Source: Bacteroidia bacterium (lineage in GTDB: Bacteria > Bacteroidota > Bacteroidia > Palsa-965). From it: 45,126 bases of DNA. The DNA is taken from the NCBI GenBank assembly GCA_035496135.1, contig DATJEX010000155.1, forward strand, positions 1 through 45,126, given 5' to 3'. The position numbers and the translations under genes are program-made. Positions 8,104-17,927 of the stretch are shown piece after piece. Every line of letters starts with the position of its first letter. Position 1 is the stretch's first letter. Under the pieces are notes generated by a model. That model had not been told where the DNA came from. It did no database searches and saw only the letters and a program-made list of their open reading frames with translations.

Positions 8104-8595
8104 ATGAAAAAGTTATTACTCATAAGACATGCTAAGTCGGCCTGGGGGATTGCATCACTTCCCGATATAGACCGGCCATTGAATCATCGTGGCTATTCCG
8201 ACGCGTATGAAATGTCGGAGCGATTGATAAAAGTGGTGAAGGGTCCGCACATCATTACAAGTCCTGCGATCCGTGCTGTTTCCACCGCGCTCATCTTTTC
8301 CAGGACATTCGGTGTCGAACCGCAGAAGATCTGGATGGAGAAAAGATTATATGAATCGGCTCCTGAAGAATATCTCGATGTGATCCGCACGATCGATGAT
8401 AAACATCACGAAGTTCTTTTGTTCGGACATAACCCGGTCATCACCGAAGTGCTCGACATGCTGGCTTCATCGGGAACAGAAGAAATGTCGACCTGCGCTG
8501 TTGCAGGAATTGAGTTCAATGTGAAAAGCTGGAAGGAGATCGCGCCGGAGCATGCCAAATTATTTTTGTTCGATTTTCCGAAGAATAAAGAGTGA
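8104..8595 (+). CDS. sixA: Histidine phosphatase family protein, SixA-like
   Basis: LLIRHAKS catalytic motif at the N-terminus and LFGHNPVI further in. About 160 aa, immediately upstream of ppk. Confidence 0.7.
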   Translation: MKKLLLIRHAKSAWGIASLPDIDRPLNHRGYSDAYEMSERLIKVVKGPHIITSPAIRAVSTALIFSRTFGVEPQKIWMEKRLYESAPEEYLDVIRTIDDKHHEVLLFGHNPVITEVLDMLASSGTEEMSTCAVAGIEFNVKSWKEIAPEHAKLFLFDFPKNKE

Positions 8596-8725
8596 TCTTT
8601 TTCAGCATTCATTCTAAGACCCTGAGCCTCAATCCTGCTCTGCATTCCCACTCTTCCTGTTAAACCACTGTTAACCCCGTTTTCATTGGTATTTTCCGTT
8701 AATTTTACCCTCCTTCATAACGGAA

Positions 8726-10894
8726 ATGAAAAAGAAAACGCTTCGCAAAAAATTACCATTGGTGAACAGGGAGATCAGCTGGCTCTCGTTCAACGATCGT
8801 GTGTTGCAGGAAGCGGAAGATGACGGAAATCCGTTGCTCGAACGCCTTCGTTTTCTCGGAATTTATTCCAACAACCGTGATGAGTTCTTCCGGGTACGCG
8901 TGGCGACATTGAAACGCCTGGCCAAACTCGGAAAGAAAGCAACCGAGACGATCGGTGGTGATCCTGAATTTGTGATGGAACAGGTGCAGCGGAGAGTGGT
9001 GAGTTCTTCCATCCGTTTCGATCGCGTGTACAAACGATTGCTGAGTGAACTTGAACATCACCGCATTCATATCACCGATGAAAAAGGATTGACAAGAGAA
9101 CAGGGCGAATGGGTGCAGGAATATTTCCGCGAGCACATCATGCCCAATCTTTTCCCGATCATGCTCGACAGCGCTCCTTCTTTTCCTTACCTGAAGGATA
9201 AGTCGATCTATCTTGCCGTGAAACTCGAGCGAAGGGAAAGAAATAAAAAGACGCGGTATGCGCTCATCGAAGTTCCGACCGATTCACTTTCCCGCTTCGT
9301 CGTTCTTCCGCATCGTAATTCGCACCAGTATGTCATCCTGCTCGATGATGTGATCCGTTATTGCCTTGAGGAAATTTTTCCTTTACATGAGTACTCGCGC
9401 GTATCTGCGTTCACGGTCAAACTCACCCGCGACGCGGAACTGGATCTCGATAATGATATTTCGAAAAGTTTCCTGGAAAAAATTTCAGGAAGTGTCAAGA
9501 AAAGAAAGAAAGGCGCGCCGGTCCGTTTCCTTTACGACAAAGCGATGCCTACCGATCTTTTTTCCTTTCTGCGGAAAAAACTGAAAGTGATCAAGCAGGA
9601 CAATATCATTCCGGGATCGCGTTACCACAATTTCAAGGATTTCATTTCCTTCCCGGATCTCGGCCACAAGGAACTGGTGTGGCCCGATGTTCGCCCGCTT
9701 TCCCATCCGCGATTCTCACCTGGCATCAACATGTTCAGCGCCATCCGTGCAAAAGATGTACTGCTGCATTTTCCATATCACTCCTTTCATCACATCATCG
9801 ATCTGCTGCGCGAAGCTTCCATTGATCCGAGGGTGAAAAAGATCCAGATCACATTATATCGCGTGGCAAAAAATTCCAACGTGGTGAACGCGCTCATCAA
9901 CGCGGTGAAGAATGGAAAAGAAGTGGTGGTGGTGATGGAACTGCAGGCGCGATTCGATGAAGAGAATAATATTTTCTGGGCGAACCGTTTGCAGGAAGAA
10001 GGAGCGCGTGTCATCTTCGGTGTTCCCGGGATCAAGGTGCATTCCAAATTATTTCTCATCTCCCGCCATGAAGAAGGAAAGTTCGTGCATTACGCACACG
10101 TAGGATCGGGCAACATGAATGAGACCACGGCGAAGATCTACACTGACAAATCGCTGCTCACCGCCGACCGGCGTATCACCGAAGAAGTTCAGCAGGTCTT
10201 CTCTTTCTTCAGCGATAACCTGAAGCACGGCAATTACAAACATCTCGGTGTTGCTCCTTTCGGTATGCGCAGAAAATTCGTCACGTTCATCGAGAAAGAG
10301 ATCGATCACGCGACCAAAGGCCGCCCGGCATGGATGATCTTAAAGATCAATAATCTTGTGGACCGCGACATGATCCTCAAATTGTACGAGGCGAGCCGTG
10401 CCGGTGTACGCATCAAACTCATCATCCGCGGAACATGCGCGCTCGTTCCGGGCGTGAAAGGTTTCAGCGAGAACATCGAAGTGATCAGTATCCTCGGACG
10501 ATTCCTCGAGCACAGCAGGGTGTTCATTTTTTCCAACGGAGGCGATGAGAAGTATTTCATATCTTCGGCTGACTGGATGACAAGAAATCTTGATCATCGT
10601 TCGGAAGTAGCGGTTCCGATCTATGATCGCGAGAGCCAGCTCGAATTGAGGCACATCATCAGTTTACAGTTGCGCGACAATAAAAAAGCGCGTGTCATTG
10701 GTGGAAGAGAAGAAAATGCATATCGCACTACGCTCTCCAAAAAACCGCTCATCGCACAGGAAGAGATCAGAAGCTTCCTCGAGCGCAAGGCAAAAGCATT
10801 CGGCAGGAAAAACATAAGAAAGAAGAAAGTTGAAGTTCGGAGCAATAGACATAGGATCAAACGCGGTACGGCTCCTGCTCGGAAACGTGTATGA
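8726..10894 (+). CDS. ppk: Polyphosphate kinase 1
   Basis: 722 aa. REISWLSFNDRVLQEA N-terminus and two PLD-like motifs, GIKVHSKLFLI and RFLEHSRVFIF. Confidence 0.95.
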   Translation: MKKKTLRKKLPLVNREISWLSFNDRVLQEAEDDGNPLLERLRFLGIYSNNRDEFFRVRVATLKRLAKLGKKATETIGGDPEFVMEQVQRRVVSSSIRFDRVYKRLLSELEHHRIHITDEKGLTREQGEWVQEYFREHIMPNLFPIMLDSAPSFPYLKDKSIYLAVKLERRERNKKTRYALIEVPTDSLSRFVVLPHRNSHQYVILLDDVIRYCLEEIFPLHEYSRVSAFTVKLTRDAELDLDNDISKSFLEKISGSVKKRKKGAPVRFLYDKAMPTDLFSFLRKKLKVIKQDNIIPGSRYHNFKDFISFPDLGHKELVWPDVRPLSHPRFSPGINMFSAIRAKDVLLHFPYHSFHHIIDLLREASIDPRVKKIQITLYRVAKNSNVVNALINAVKNGKEVVVVMELQARFDEENNIFWANRLQEEGARVIFGVPGIKVHSKLFLISRHEEGKFVHYAHVGSGNMNETTAKIYTDKSLLTADRRITEEVQQVFSFFSDNLKHGNYKHLGVAPFGMRRKFVTFIEKEIDHATKGRPAWMILKINNLVDRDMILKLYEASRAGVRIKLIIRGTCALVPGVKGFSENIEVISILGRFLEHSRVFIFSNGGDEKYFISSADWMTRNLDHRSEVAVPIYDRESQLELRHIISLQLRDNKKARVIGGREENAYRTTLSKKPLIAQEEIRSFLERKAKAFGRKNIRKKKVEVRSNRHRIKRGTAPARKRV

Positions 10895-11738
10895 ATCACC
10901 ATCGGGCCCCATTTTCAAAAAAGCAGATCTTGTACGCATTCCGCTCCGTTTAGGAGAAGACGCTTTCATCCGCAAGAAAATTTCAGACGAGAAGATCGCG
11001 AAGCTCATCACCGCGATGAAAGTCTTCCGCCAGCTTCTCGACTTTTACGAGATCGATGAATACAAAGCGGTCGCCACTTCCGCCATGCGTGAAGCGGGCA
11101 ACGGTGTGGATGTTTCGGCCGAAGTATTGCATGAAGCAGGAATTGCCATTGAGATCATCGATGGAAAAACAGAAGCGCAGATCATCTACTCCAATCACAT
11201 CGCCGAGAAAATGGATCCGCTGAGCAACTATCTCTACATCGACGTTGGCGGAGGAAGTACCGAGCTCACCCTTTTTTCGCAAAATAAAATTGTCATTTCA
11301 AAATCGTTCAACGTCGGAACGATCCGTTTCCTGAATGACCTGGTACCGAAGGAAAAGTGGACAGAGTTCAAAGAATGGATCAAGGCGCAGACGAAAGATT
11401 TTCATCCGCTCATCGCCATCGGTTCGGGCGGCAACATCAACAAGATCTTCAAGATGTCGCGCAAGAAACAGAATCGTCCGCTCACGGTAACGAAACTCAA
11501 AGAGATCCACGAATACATCTGTTCCTTCACACTGAAAGAAAGAATTGAAATTTTAGGATTGAACGAGGACCGCGCCGATGTGATCGAGCCTGCCGGAAAA
11601 ATATTTCTGTCCGTGATGAAAAATGCAGAGATCAACAAACTTTACGTTCCGCAGATCGGAATGGTGGATGGCCTGATCCATCTGCTGTATGAGAAACATC
11701 TTGCGAAGGATAAAAAGGTGCTGACGTTTACGGAGTGA
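10830..11738 (+). CDS. ppx: Exopolyphosphatase, Ppx/GppA family (short form)
   Basis: ASKHA motifs GAIDIGSNAVRLL and YIDVGGGSTELT. The start overlaps the ppk 3' end by 65 nt. Confidence 0.9.
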   Translation: MKFGAIDIGSNAVRLLLGNVYESPSGPIFKKADLVRIPLRLGEDAFIRKKISDEKIAKLITAMKVFRQLLDFYEIDEYKAVATSAMREAGNGVDVSAEVLHEAGIAIEIIDGKTEAQIIYSNHIAEKMDPLSNYLYIDVGGGSTELTLFSQNKIVISKSFNVGTIRFLNDLVPKEKWTEFKEWIKAQTKDFHPLIAIGSGGNINKIFKMSRKKQNRPLTVTKLKEIHEYICSFTLKERIEILGLNEDRADVIEPAGKIFLSVMKNAEINKLYVPQIGMVDGLIHLLYEKHLAKDKKVLTFTE

Positions 11739-11761
11739 TTAAGTCAGGCAATAAAATATTC

Positions 11762-13021
11762 TTACTTCTTTAACTTCCAAAGGGTAAAGAATCCCTTAAT
11801 GTAGTTTTCGGATCCAAAGAAATATTTGTCAGCACTGAAAACCATCAGATGATTTATCCGTTGAACAGTCTTAATATCAATATCAATCCTGCTTATTCTC
11901 TTTCTCGAAAATTCAAACCCTAGGTTTTTCTTGTCTATAGGTGCATTACTAAGAATACAGCAGTGTTTTGGGTCAATCGGGATGATAATCCCATTTGATT
12001 CATTAAATTGTTCATCAAAGACATGATTCTTGATATTCTCTTCTTTATCAACAAACAAAACCGGGTTATCACTGGTAATAAATTCAGAACTGTCGGTGAT
12101 AGTAGCAATTGCAATTCGCTTGTTCCCATGAGCATTTATTACCCGCGGTAAGATTTCCAAAAGATGGTACGCTTTATAATCCTCTTTTATTTTGTCCATT
12201 TCAAAGTGATTTTCTTCTGGGATGGTGCTAAAAAAAAGCTCGAATTGCTTTGGAGTTCGACAGTGCAAACTGAGAAGGAACATTAATAATCGTAAGTGCT
12301 CTTCTTCCTCGAGATACTCGACATTCGTGTCAATAAGACGATTATAGATTTTTGTATAGTAGTCTTCTATCTCCTTCATATAAATCAACTTCTCGACTAG
12401 CATTGGTTCTATGCCACTCTTAACCGTGTAGAAATCTCTTACTACCGTTGCCTTGGAAAGCGGTAAAGGCCGGTTGAACTCCTTCTGCAGATCCTCATCA
12501 TTTGTGTGATTTCGTTTGACCTTATGATAAATAAATGATTCCCCGTTCGAGAAGTTTTTCAGATAACACTTTGGGGTCGTATGTTGATCATGTGTTGGTT
12601 GGGTCGGCTTATATGTTACCTGAACCCATTTAATAAGAAAGTCTGTAGCAATCTTATTGCACATTTCAAGAGTAATCTTTACTGGCACATTTGCTTTTGC
12701 TTGATTAAGCATTGACGCCTTTTTCTTGACTGTAGAGAAAAGAATTTCTCCCAATATTGATTCTCCTTCCGTGCTGCCAAAATCAAAGATCTTCCCAGTT
12801 CTGCTCTTAATAGTAATTGAATGCTTTTGGACTACGACGCAAGTTTGACCATCTTTAAATTTCAATCCGACAAAAGTAATTAGAGTTAAACTGAATTCAT
12901 TTCCATTCTTGGTCAGACTTTCACATGAAATGGCTGGAGAATTTCCCAGTTCTCTAAACTCAATTGTTGGGAAAATCTCTTTGTTAAACGAATAGGAAAT
13001 GAAATCACTTTTTGCCTTCAC
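11762..13021 (-). CDS. DUF4238-like protein with an uncharacterised ~140-aa N-terminal extension (candidate defense gene)
   Basis: Motifs HTTPKCYLKNF, LSLHCRTPKQFE and FITSDNPVLFV match my recollection of DUF4238. GTG start at 13021, with the first in-frame ATG at 12712. About 35% GC against roughly 50% in the flanks. Confidence 0.6.
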   Translation of the reverse strand: MKAKSDFISYSFNKEIFPTIEFRELGNSPAISCESLTKNGNEFSLTLITFVGLKFKDGQTCVVVQKHSITIKSRTGKIFDFGSTEGESILGEILFSTVKKKASMLNQAKANVPVKITLEMCNKIATDFLIKWVQVTYKPTQPTHDQHTTPKCYLKNFSNGESFIYHKVKRNHTNDEDLQKEFNRPLPLSKATVVRDFYTVKSGIEPMLVEKLIYMKEIEDYYTKIYNRLIDTNVEYLEEEEHLRLLMFLLSLHCRTPKQFELFFSTIPEENHFEMDKIKEDYKAYHLLEILPRVINAHGNKRIAIATITDSSEFITSDNPVLFVDKEENIKNHVFDEQFNESNGIIIPIDPKHCCILSNAPIDKKNLGFEFSRKRISRIDIDIKTVQRINHLMVFSADKYFFGSENYIKGFFTLWKLKK

Positions 13022-13141
13022 ATCACTTAAATAAGGTTTAAACGGCTTTGTTCTTTGTGGTTTCTCAACATGTCCAATTTAATGATTAGAATCAATGTGA
13101 ATAGCATCCGTATCTTCGTACTTCAGTAATCCGCACCCCGT

Positions 13142-13897
13142 TTGATTATCATCCGCTTCCTTCGCTCCATTTTCGGTATTTACGGCCTGCTCTTCTCCGT
13201 CGTGAATTTATTCCTGCACGCACCGGTCGCGCTTTTCATCATTGCATTCTTCCCGAAAAGATCACAGATCAGATATGCGCACAAGGTCGCACGCTCATGG
13301 TCGTTCCTTTACTCGCTCTTTCTGTTCATGCCGATGAGGATCAGGAATAAGAATTTCATTGACAGAAATACGACTTATGTGTTCGTAGCGAATCACCGTT
13401 CGCAACTTGATATTCCGGTATACACGCTTGCTTCTCCGAACACGATGCGTTTTTTAGCGAAAGCCGAACTCACGAAAATTCCCATCTTCGGATATCTTGT
13501 GAAAACACTTTACGTGACGGTGAACCGTGAAGAGCGTGCCGATCGTCATAAAAGTTTAGAGGTGATGAAGCGTTCACTCGATGAAGGCGTTTCTGTTTTT
13601 CTCTGTCCCGAAGGAACTCGGAATAAAAAACTGGATCCGCCGTTGCTCGATTTCCGCGATGGCGCTTTTCGCTTAGCCATTGCCTCACAAACTCCGGTCG
13701 CTGTGCTTACGGTGCTCAACAGCGGAGAAAAACTTTCTCCTGTCCGTCCATTCGAACTTGCGCCGGGAACCATTCACGCCGTGTGGGACAAACCGATCGA
13801 GACAAAAGGAATGACGGAGCAAGATCTTCCTGAACTAAAAGAAAAAGTGAGAGCGATGATGATAGAGCACCTGCGCGCATTCAGACAACACTCGTAG
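13142..13897 (+). CDS. plsC: 1-acyl-sn-glycerol-3-phosphate acyltransferase
   Basis: Acyltransferase motifs NHRSQLD (HX4D) and CPEGTRN. Apparent TTG start. Confidence 0.85.
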   Translation: MIIIRFLRSIFGIYGLLFSVVNLFLHAPVALFIIAFFPKRSQIRYAHKVARSWSFLYSLFLFMPMRIRNKNFIDRNTTYVFVANHRSQLDIPVYTLASPNTMRFLAKAELTKIPIFGYLVKTLYVTVNREERADRHKSLEVMKRSLDEGVSVFLCPEGTRNKKLDPPLLDFRDGAFRLAIASQTPVAVLTVLNSGEKLSPVRPFELAPGTIHAVWDKPIETKGMTEQDLPELKEKVRAMMIEHLRAFRQHS

Positions 13898-13908
13898 GTC
13901 GTCGCATT

Positions 13909-13970
13909 GTTGGTAGTTGGTGGCCGCATTAAAGAATGAACTGAGGTATTAACGACCACCAACGACCAAC
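13909..13970 (+). terminator. Imperfect 15-bp inverted repeat (GTTGGTAGTTGGTGG / CCACCAACGACCAAC) downstream of plsC
   Basis: Read directly. 13 of 15 positions are complementary, with a ~32-nt loop and no clear T-tract. Confidence 0.35.
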
Positions 13971-14022
13971 TCATCTGCTACTAACTTTTTCGTACCTTTC
14001 TCCTCCCAAAATCACCTTTCCC

Positions 14023-14898
14023 ATGCTGAGAAAATCGATCTTCCCCGCCCTTACAGTTCTCGCGCTGTTTTCGGCGTGCAAAAAAGATCATAATGAACAG
14101 CCGGCTCCGACTCCGGCGGCTCCCCGCATTTATTTCACGTTCAAATTCGACAGCACGCAAACACGTCTCGATAATCTCGGAAATCCTGCAACCGTTCCCG
14201 CAAATCACTGCGCACAGTCGCCGGTGTTTCACCTGATGTCATCGCATTATATCGAACTCGCACCGGGAGCGTTGACCGCACTCGGTAGCGGAGATGTTCT
14301 GTATCGTGCACCTGAAACAACATTGGGCGGACCAAACGCGATCGACTTCGACAGTTCGCATGTTGTTGCGGAAGGCGCTGAATTTTTCTCCATGCCGATC
14401 TCACAACTCACTGCCGGCACGTACAATTACCTGCGCGTTTCACTCGCTTACCAGAATTACGATGTGAAAGTGAGAGCGAACAGTGTTGACTTCACCGGAA
14501 GGCTCGCTTCGTTCATTGGTTACAACACGTACATCAGAACATATTCTCCGAATACCATTCCCGTTACGATCAACGCAAATAAAGCGCAGGGCTATTGGGC
14601 ATTCGAAGCATTCTCGCAGGTATCGCAGGGGCAAGCACCTCCCGGAGCGACCACCGTTCCGAATCCTATCTTCGCTACTTCACCTGTGCCGCAGGGTTCG
14701 TGTGTGGTCACCGGGCAGTTCGCATCTCCATTGACGATCACCGGAAATGAAACGCACGACATTCACATCATCGTTTCACTTTCCACCAACCAGAGTTTCG
14801 AATGGGTTGAACACAGTACTCCGGGAATCTACGAACCATTGAACGGCGACACCGTGGTGGACATGGGTGTTCGCGGACTTATTCCAATCGTGCAGTAA
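14023..14898 (+). CDS. Hypothetical lipoprotein
   Basis: MLRKSIFPALTVLALFSAC lipobox. 291 aa. Confidence 0.6.
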   Translation: MLRKSIFPALTVLALFSACKKDHNEQPAPTPAAPRIYFTFKFDSTQTRLDNLGNPATVPANHCAQSPVFHLMSSHYIELAPGALTALGSGDVLYRAPETTLGGPNAIDFDSSHVVAEGAEFFSMPISQLTAGTYNYLRVSLAYQNYDVKVRANSVDFTGRLASFIGYNTYIRTYSPNTIPVTINANKAQGYWAFEAFSQVSQGQAPPGATTVPNPIFATSPVPQGSCVVTGQFASPLTITGNETHDIHIIVSLSTNQSFEWVEHSTPGIYEPLNGDTVVDMGVRGLIPIVQ

Positions 14899-14904
14899 AA
14901 AACT

Positions 14905-15726
14905 ATGCGTTACTTCATTTTTCTTCTCTCTGTTTTTCTTTTTTCCTGTTCGGGCACTGATGATGCGGACGGAAATAAAGTTGATTCCCCGAATGTGGTG
15001 AATTTGAAAATGGATTCTACTTCCGATTGGCGTTCGCTTACAGAAAGCTGGACCGCTTCGCTCAACCTGAAGAATGCTTCCATCATGAAATCTTTCTACG
15101 CTGATACCGTGAGTTATTACGGCGACAGGATCTCCAGCGCGGATGTGGTGATGCGTCAATCTTCCTATTTCGCGAAGAACGCCGATTACAAACAGAAGAT
15201 CACTGAATTCATCAGCGAAGAATTACAACCCGACGGAACATGGAGAGTGCGCCTGATGAAACAGGTGACCGCCGGAGGAAAAACGGCCGACTATCCTTCT
15301 TCACTTGTTTTCGGAAGGTCGAATGGTATCTGGAAGATCGTGAATGAGAGTGATGATATTTCCGATCTCACAAAAGCGAGAGTGCAGGAAGTGCATTTCG
15401 CGCCGGAAGTGGTGACGATCGAAGGTTTGCTCGAGGAAACGACCGGTTTCGGAAAAACGAATGGCGGTGATCCGAAAAGTGACGCGAGGGAGAATTACAA
15501 TATCGTTTGGCCTTCAACGCTTATCGATGTGCTGGCGAATGGCGGTTCGCGCGATGGTGTGAATGTAAAAGGCGTTGATAAGATCCAGGTGGTGGGAAAT
15601 GACAATGCAGTGGCGGGATTACTCAATAAAAAAGTGAAGATCACCGGAACGATCCGTCTCGGAACCGGTGAACATGAATTCACAAAAGTCGTACTCGATG
15701 TAAAAAGCATTGAGGAAGTGAAATAG
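14905..15726 (+). CDS. Hypothetical lipoprotein (possible NTF2-like N-domain plus DUF4431-like C-domain)
   Basis: MRYFIFLLSVFLFSC lipobox. The domain guesses come from sequence pattern only. Confidence 0.55.
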   Translation: MRYFIFLLSVFLFSCSGTDDADGNKVDSPNVVNLKMDSTSDWRSLTESWTASLNLKNASIMKSFYADTVSYYGDRISSADVVMRQSSYFAKNADYKQKITEFISEELQPDGTWRVRLMKQVTAGGKTADYPSSLVFGRSNGIWKIVNESDDISDLTKARVQEVHFAPEVVTIEGLLEETTGFGKTNGGDPKSDARENYNIVWPSTLIDVLANGGSRDGVNVKGVDKIQVVGNDNAVAGLLNKKVKITGTIRLGTGEHEFTKVVLDVKSIEEVK

Positions 15727-15744
15727 GATCCAAAAAAACTGCCC

Positions 15745-16803
15745 ATGAAAAAAATCGTACTCCTCTTCTCTTTCACGTTCACCTTCACGTTCACTTTATT
15801 GGCACAAACCTTCAATTCCCCGGAGAGCGTGGAGTTCGACGCCGCGAACAGTCGCTGGATCGTCGGGAACAATGGCGCGGGAACACTCGTGTATTTTTAT
15901 CCTGCGACCGCGTCAACCGTTCAGTTCGCTTCCGGACTCGCGACAGGTCCGCACGGCATCGAGATCATGGGAACGAATGTGTATGTGTGTGATGGCGCAT
16001 ACATCCGCGGATACGATCTCGCTACAGGCGCGAATAATTTCAACCTGAATTGCGGCGCCACATTCCTCAATGGGTTGACGACTGACGGAAGCACTTATCT
16101 TTTTGCCAGTGATTTCACCGCGAAGAAAATTTACCGCATCAATCCATCAGCGAATGCTTACAACATCATGTGCTCAACGGCAAAAACTCCGAATGGAATG
16201 TATTACGATGGCGCGAACAATCGTCTTGTGTTTGTAACGTGGGGAAGCAGCGCACCGATCCAGGCTGTTTCGCTTGCAGACTCCACTGTTTCTACACTCA
16301 CGTCAACCACACTTTCCAATTGTGACGGCATCACACGCGACAACGCAGGTTACTGGTACGTGACCAACTGGGGCGCGAATTCCCTGTATCGCTTCACACC
16401 GACTTTCACTTCACCAACATCGGTGATGAGTGGATTAAACGGACCAGCGGACATCGACATCAATACAGCAGGAGATTCCATCGGCATTCCGAATTCAAAT
16501 GGAACCACCGTTGTTTTCTATACCGGGATCACAACGGACGTTCAGGAAAATAATTCGGGCGCAGAAATTTCTCTTTACCCGAACCCAACATCAGGGCCCA
16601 TCAATGTTACGTTGCCGGATCATTTTTCGGACGGAACATACGAAGTTGTGAATTTCTGGGGTGACGTGGTGAGAAAAGGAAATTTCGTTGGCTCTTCTTT
16701 CCAGCTTGACCTACCCTCTTCCCCGGGAACTTCTTACCTACTCCGCGTTACCGACGCTGAAGGAAAATTTACATACACGAAACAGTTTTTGATCGGAAAA
16801 TAA
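15745..16803 (+). CDS. Secreted beta-propeller-like protein with a T9SS C-terminal sorting domain
   Basis: Signal peptide ending LLAQ and a C-terminal ISLYPNPTSGPINVTLP ... SYLLRV ... KQFLIGK pattern. Confidence 0.65.
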   Translation: MKKIVLLFSFTFTFTFTLLAQTFNSPESVEFDAANSRWIVGNNGAGTLVYFYPATASTVQFASGLATGPHGIEIMGTNVYVCDGAYIRGYDLATGANNFNLNCGATFLNGLTTDGSTYLFASDFTAKKIYRINPSANAYNIMCSTAKTPNGMYYDGANNRLVFVTWGSSAPIQAVSLADSTVSTLTSTTLSNCDGITRDNAGYWYVTNWGANSLYRFTPTFTSPTSVMSGLNGPADIDINTAGDSIGIPNSNGTTVVFYTGITTDVQENNSGAEISLYPNPTSGPINVTLPDHFSDGTYEVVNFWGDVVRKGNFVGSSFQLDLPSSPGTSYLLRVTDAEGKFTYTKQFLIGK

Positions 16804-16812
16804 TTTCTCCTG

Positions 16813-17859
16813 CTATTTCAAAAATCTTCTCACGTTTACTTCTACCGGAATTTCCTTTCCTTCATAGATCGCGTCACATAATTTCTCCGAGAGAAAAGGC
16901 GTCAGTAAAACCGCCCTGCTTCCTGTTCCGTTGATGATACTCACTTGCAGATGCAGCGGATGAATTCCGACAACTGATCTTCTGTCCTGCGTGGCCGGGC
17001 GAACTCCTGCCAATTGATTTTCGACCGTGATGGGAAGAGAAATGAATTTCTTCACTTTCTCCAGCAATTCTTCTTTTCCCTCTTCTGTTAAACGCTCATC
17101 ATCCTGGTCATTCCCGAATGTTCCGCTGAGTATGAATCGTTCATTTCCGAGAGGAATAAGCGAAACACCGCGACTAAGGATCTCTTCGCATTTCAATCCC
17201 GGAATGTGAACGTGCAGCAATTGTCCTTTGGCCGGTTTGAACGGAATGAAGTTGAACAATGGATTTCTCCTCGCGAGATGTCCTTCACAAAAGGTGATGT
17301 ATTTCGCCGAAAGTTTATGATCGTAAACCGCTTCTCCATTCGAAAGGTCGAGCCGTTCATGCTGAAATTGTTCCACCAGGTAATGTCCCGAAGCGATGAT
17401 CTGTTCCGACACCACGTGAAGCAGTAATTCACAATCCACATTGCCACCTCCATTCACCACCCCGATGCCGTGCGGTGCAACAACTCCTTCCGGAATTACT
17501 TCAAGAATTTTTTCATCCGCGAATAATCCTTCCCGCATCATGCAGGCTTCTTCCCATTGTTTCCGTTCCGCTTCAGCAAGGATCTTGAAGATCTTCCGTT
17601 GCGTATGGATTTTTTCCCTGGAAATTTTTTCCGCATAAGCACAAAGTTCATTCACGCAAACCACCATTTCCTTCGCTTTCCAGAGATTCATCATGAATTT
17701 GAAGTTGAACGGATTGTAAACTCCGCCCGCGATCTTCGAACTGGAAGAAAGTTTCGCATCATCAATGACCGCAACTGTTTTCCCCCGGCGGAGCAAAGTC
17801 AACGCGAGCATGCTTCCTGTAATTCCCTGTCCGACGATGAGATGATCGACCCGATGCAT
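16813..17859 (-). CDS. FAD-dependent oxidoreductase (DAO family)
   Basis: N-terminal dinucleotide-binding motif DHLIVGQGITGSMLA after trimming to the ATG at 17859. Confidence 0.75.
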   Translation of the reverse strand: MHRVDHLIVGQGITGSMLALTLLRRGKTVAVIDDAKLSSSSKIAGGVYNPFNFKFMMNLWKAKEMVVCVNELCAYAEKISREKIHTQRKIFKILAEAERKQWEEACMMREGLFADEKILEVIPEGVVAPHGIGVVNGGGNVDCELLLHVVSEQIIASGHYLVEQFQHERLDLSNGEAVYDHKLSAKYITFCEGHLARRNPLFNFIPFKPAKGQLLHVHIPGLKCEEILSRGVSLIPLGNERFILSGTFGNDQDDERLTEEGKEELLEKVKKFISLPITVENQLAGVRPATQDRRSVVGIHPLHLQVSIINGTGSRAVLLTPFLSEKLCDAIYEGKEIPVEVNVRRFLK

Positions 17860-17896
17860 GGGGCAAAAGTAGTCATTGGACAGTTGTCGGTTGCCA

Positions 17897-17927
17897 GTTA
17901 TCGGTATTCGGTTATCGGTATTCGGTT
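17897..17927. repeat. 14-bp tandem repeat (GTTATCGGTATTCG) x2.2
   Basis: Two perfect units plus a partial one, preceded by a degenerate unit at 17883..17896. Confidence 0.85.

Noticed and set aside
10621-11011. Minus-strand ORFs 10621..10902 and 10664..11011 at the ppk/ppx junction
   Set aside because: They are antisense to two genes with unambiguous motifs and have no start context or family resemblance.
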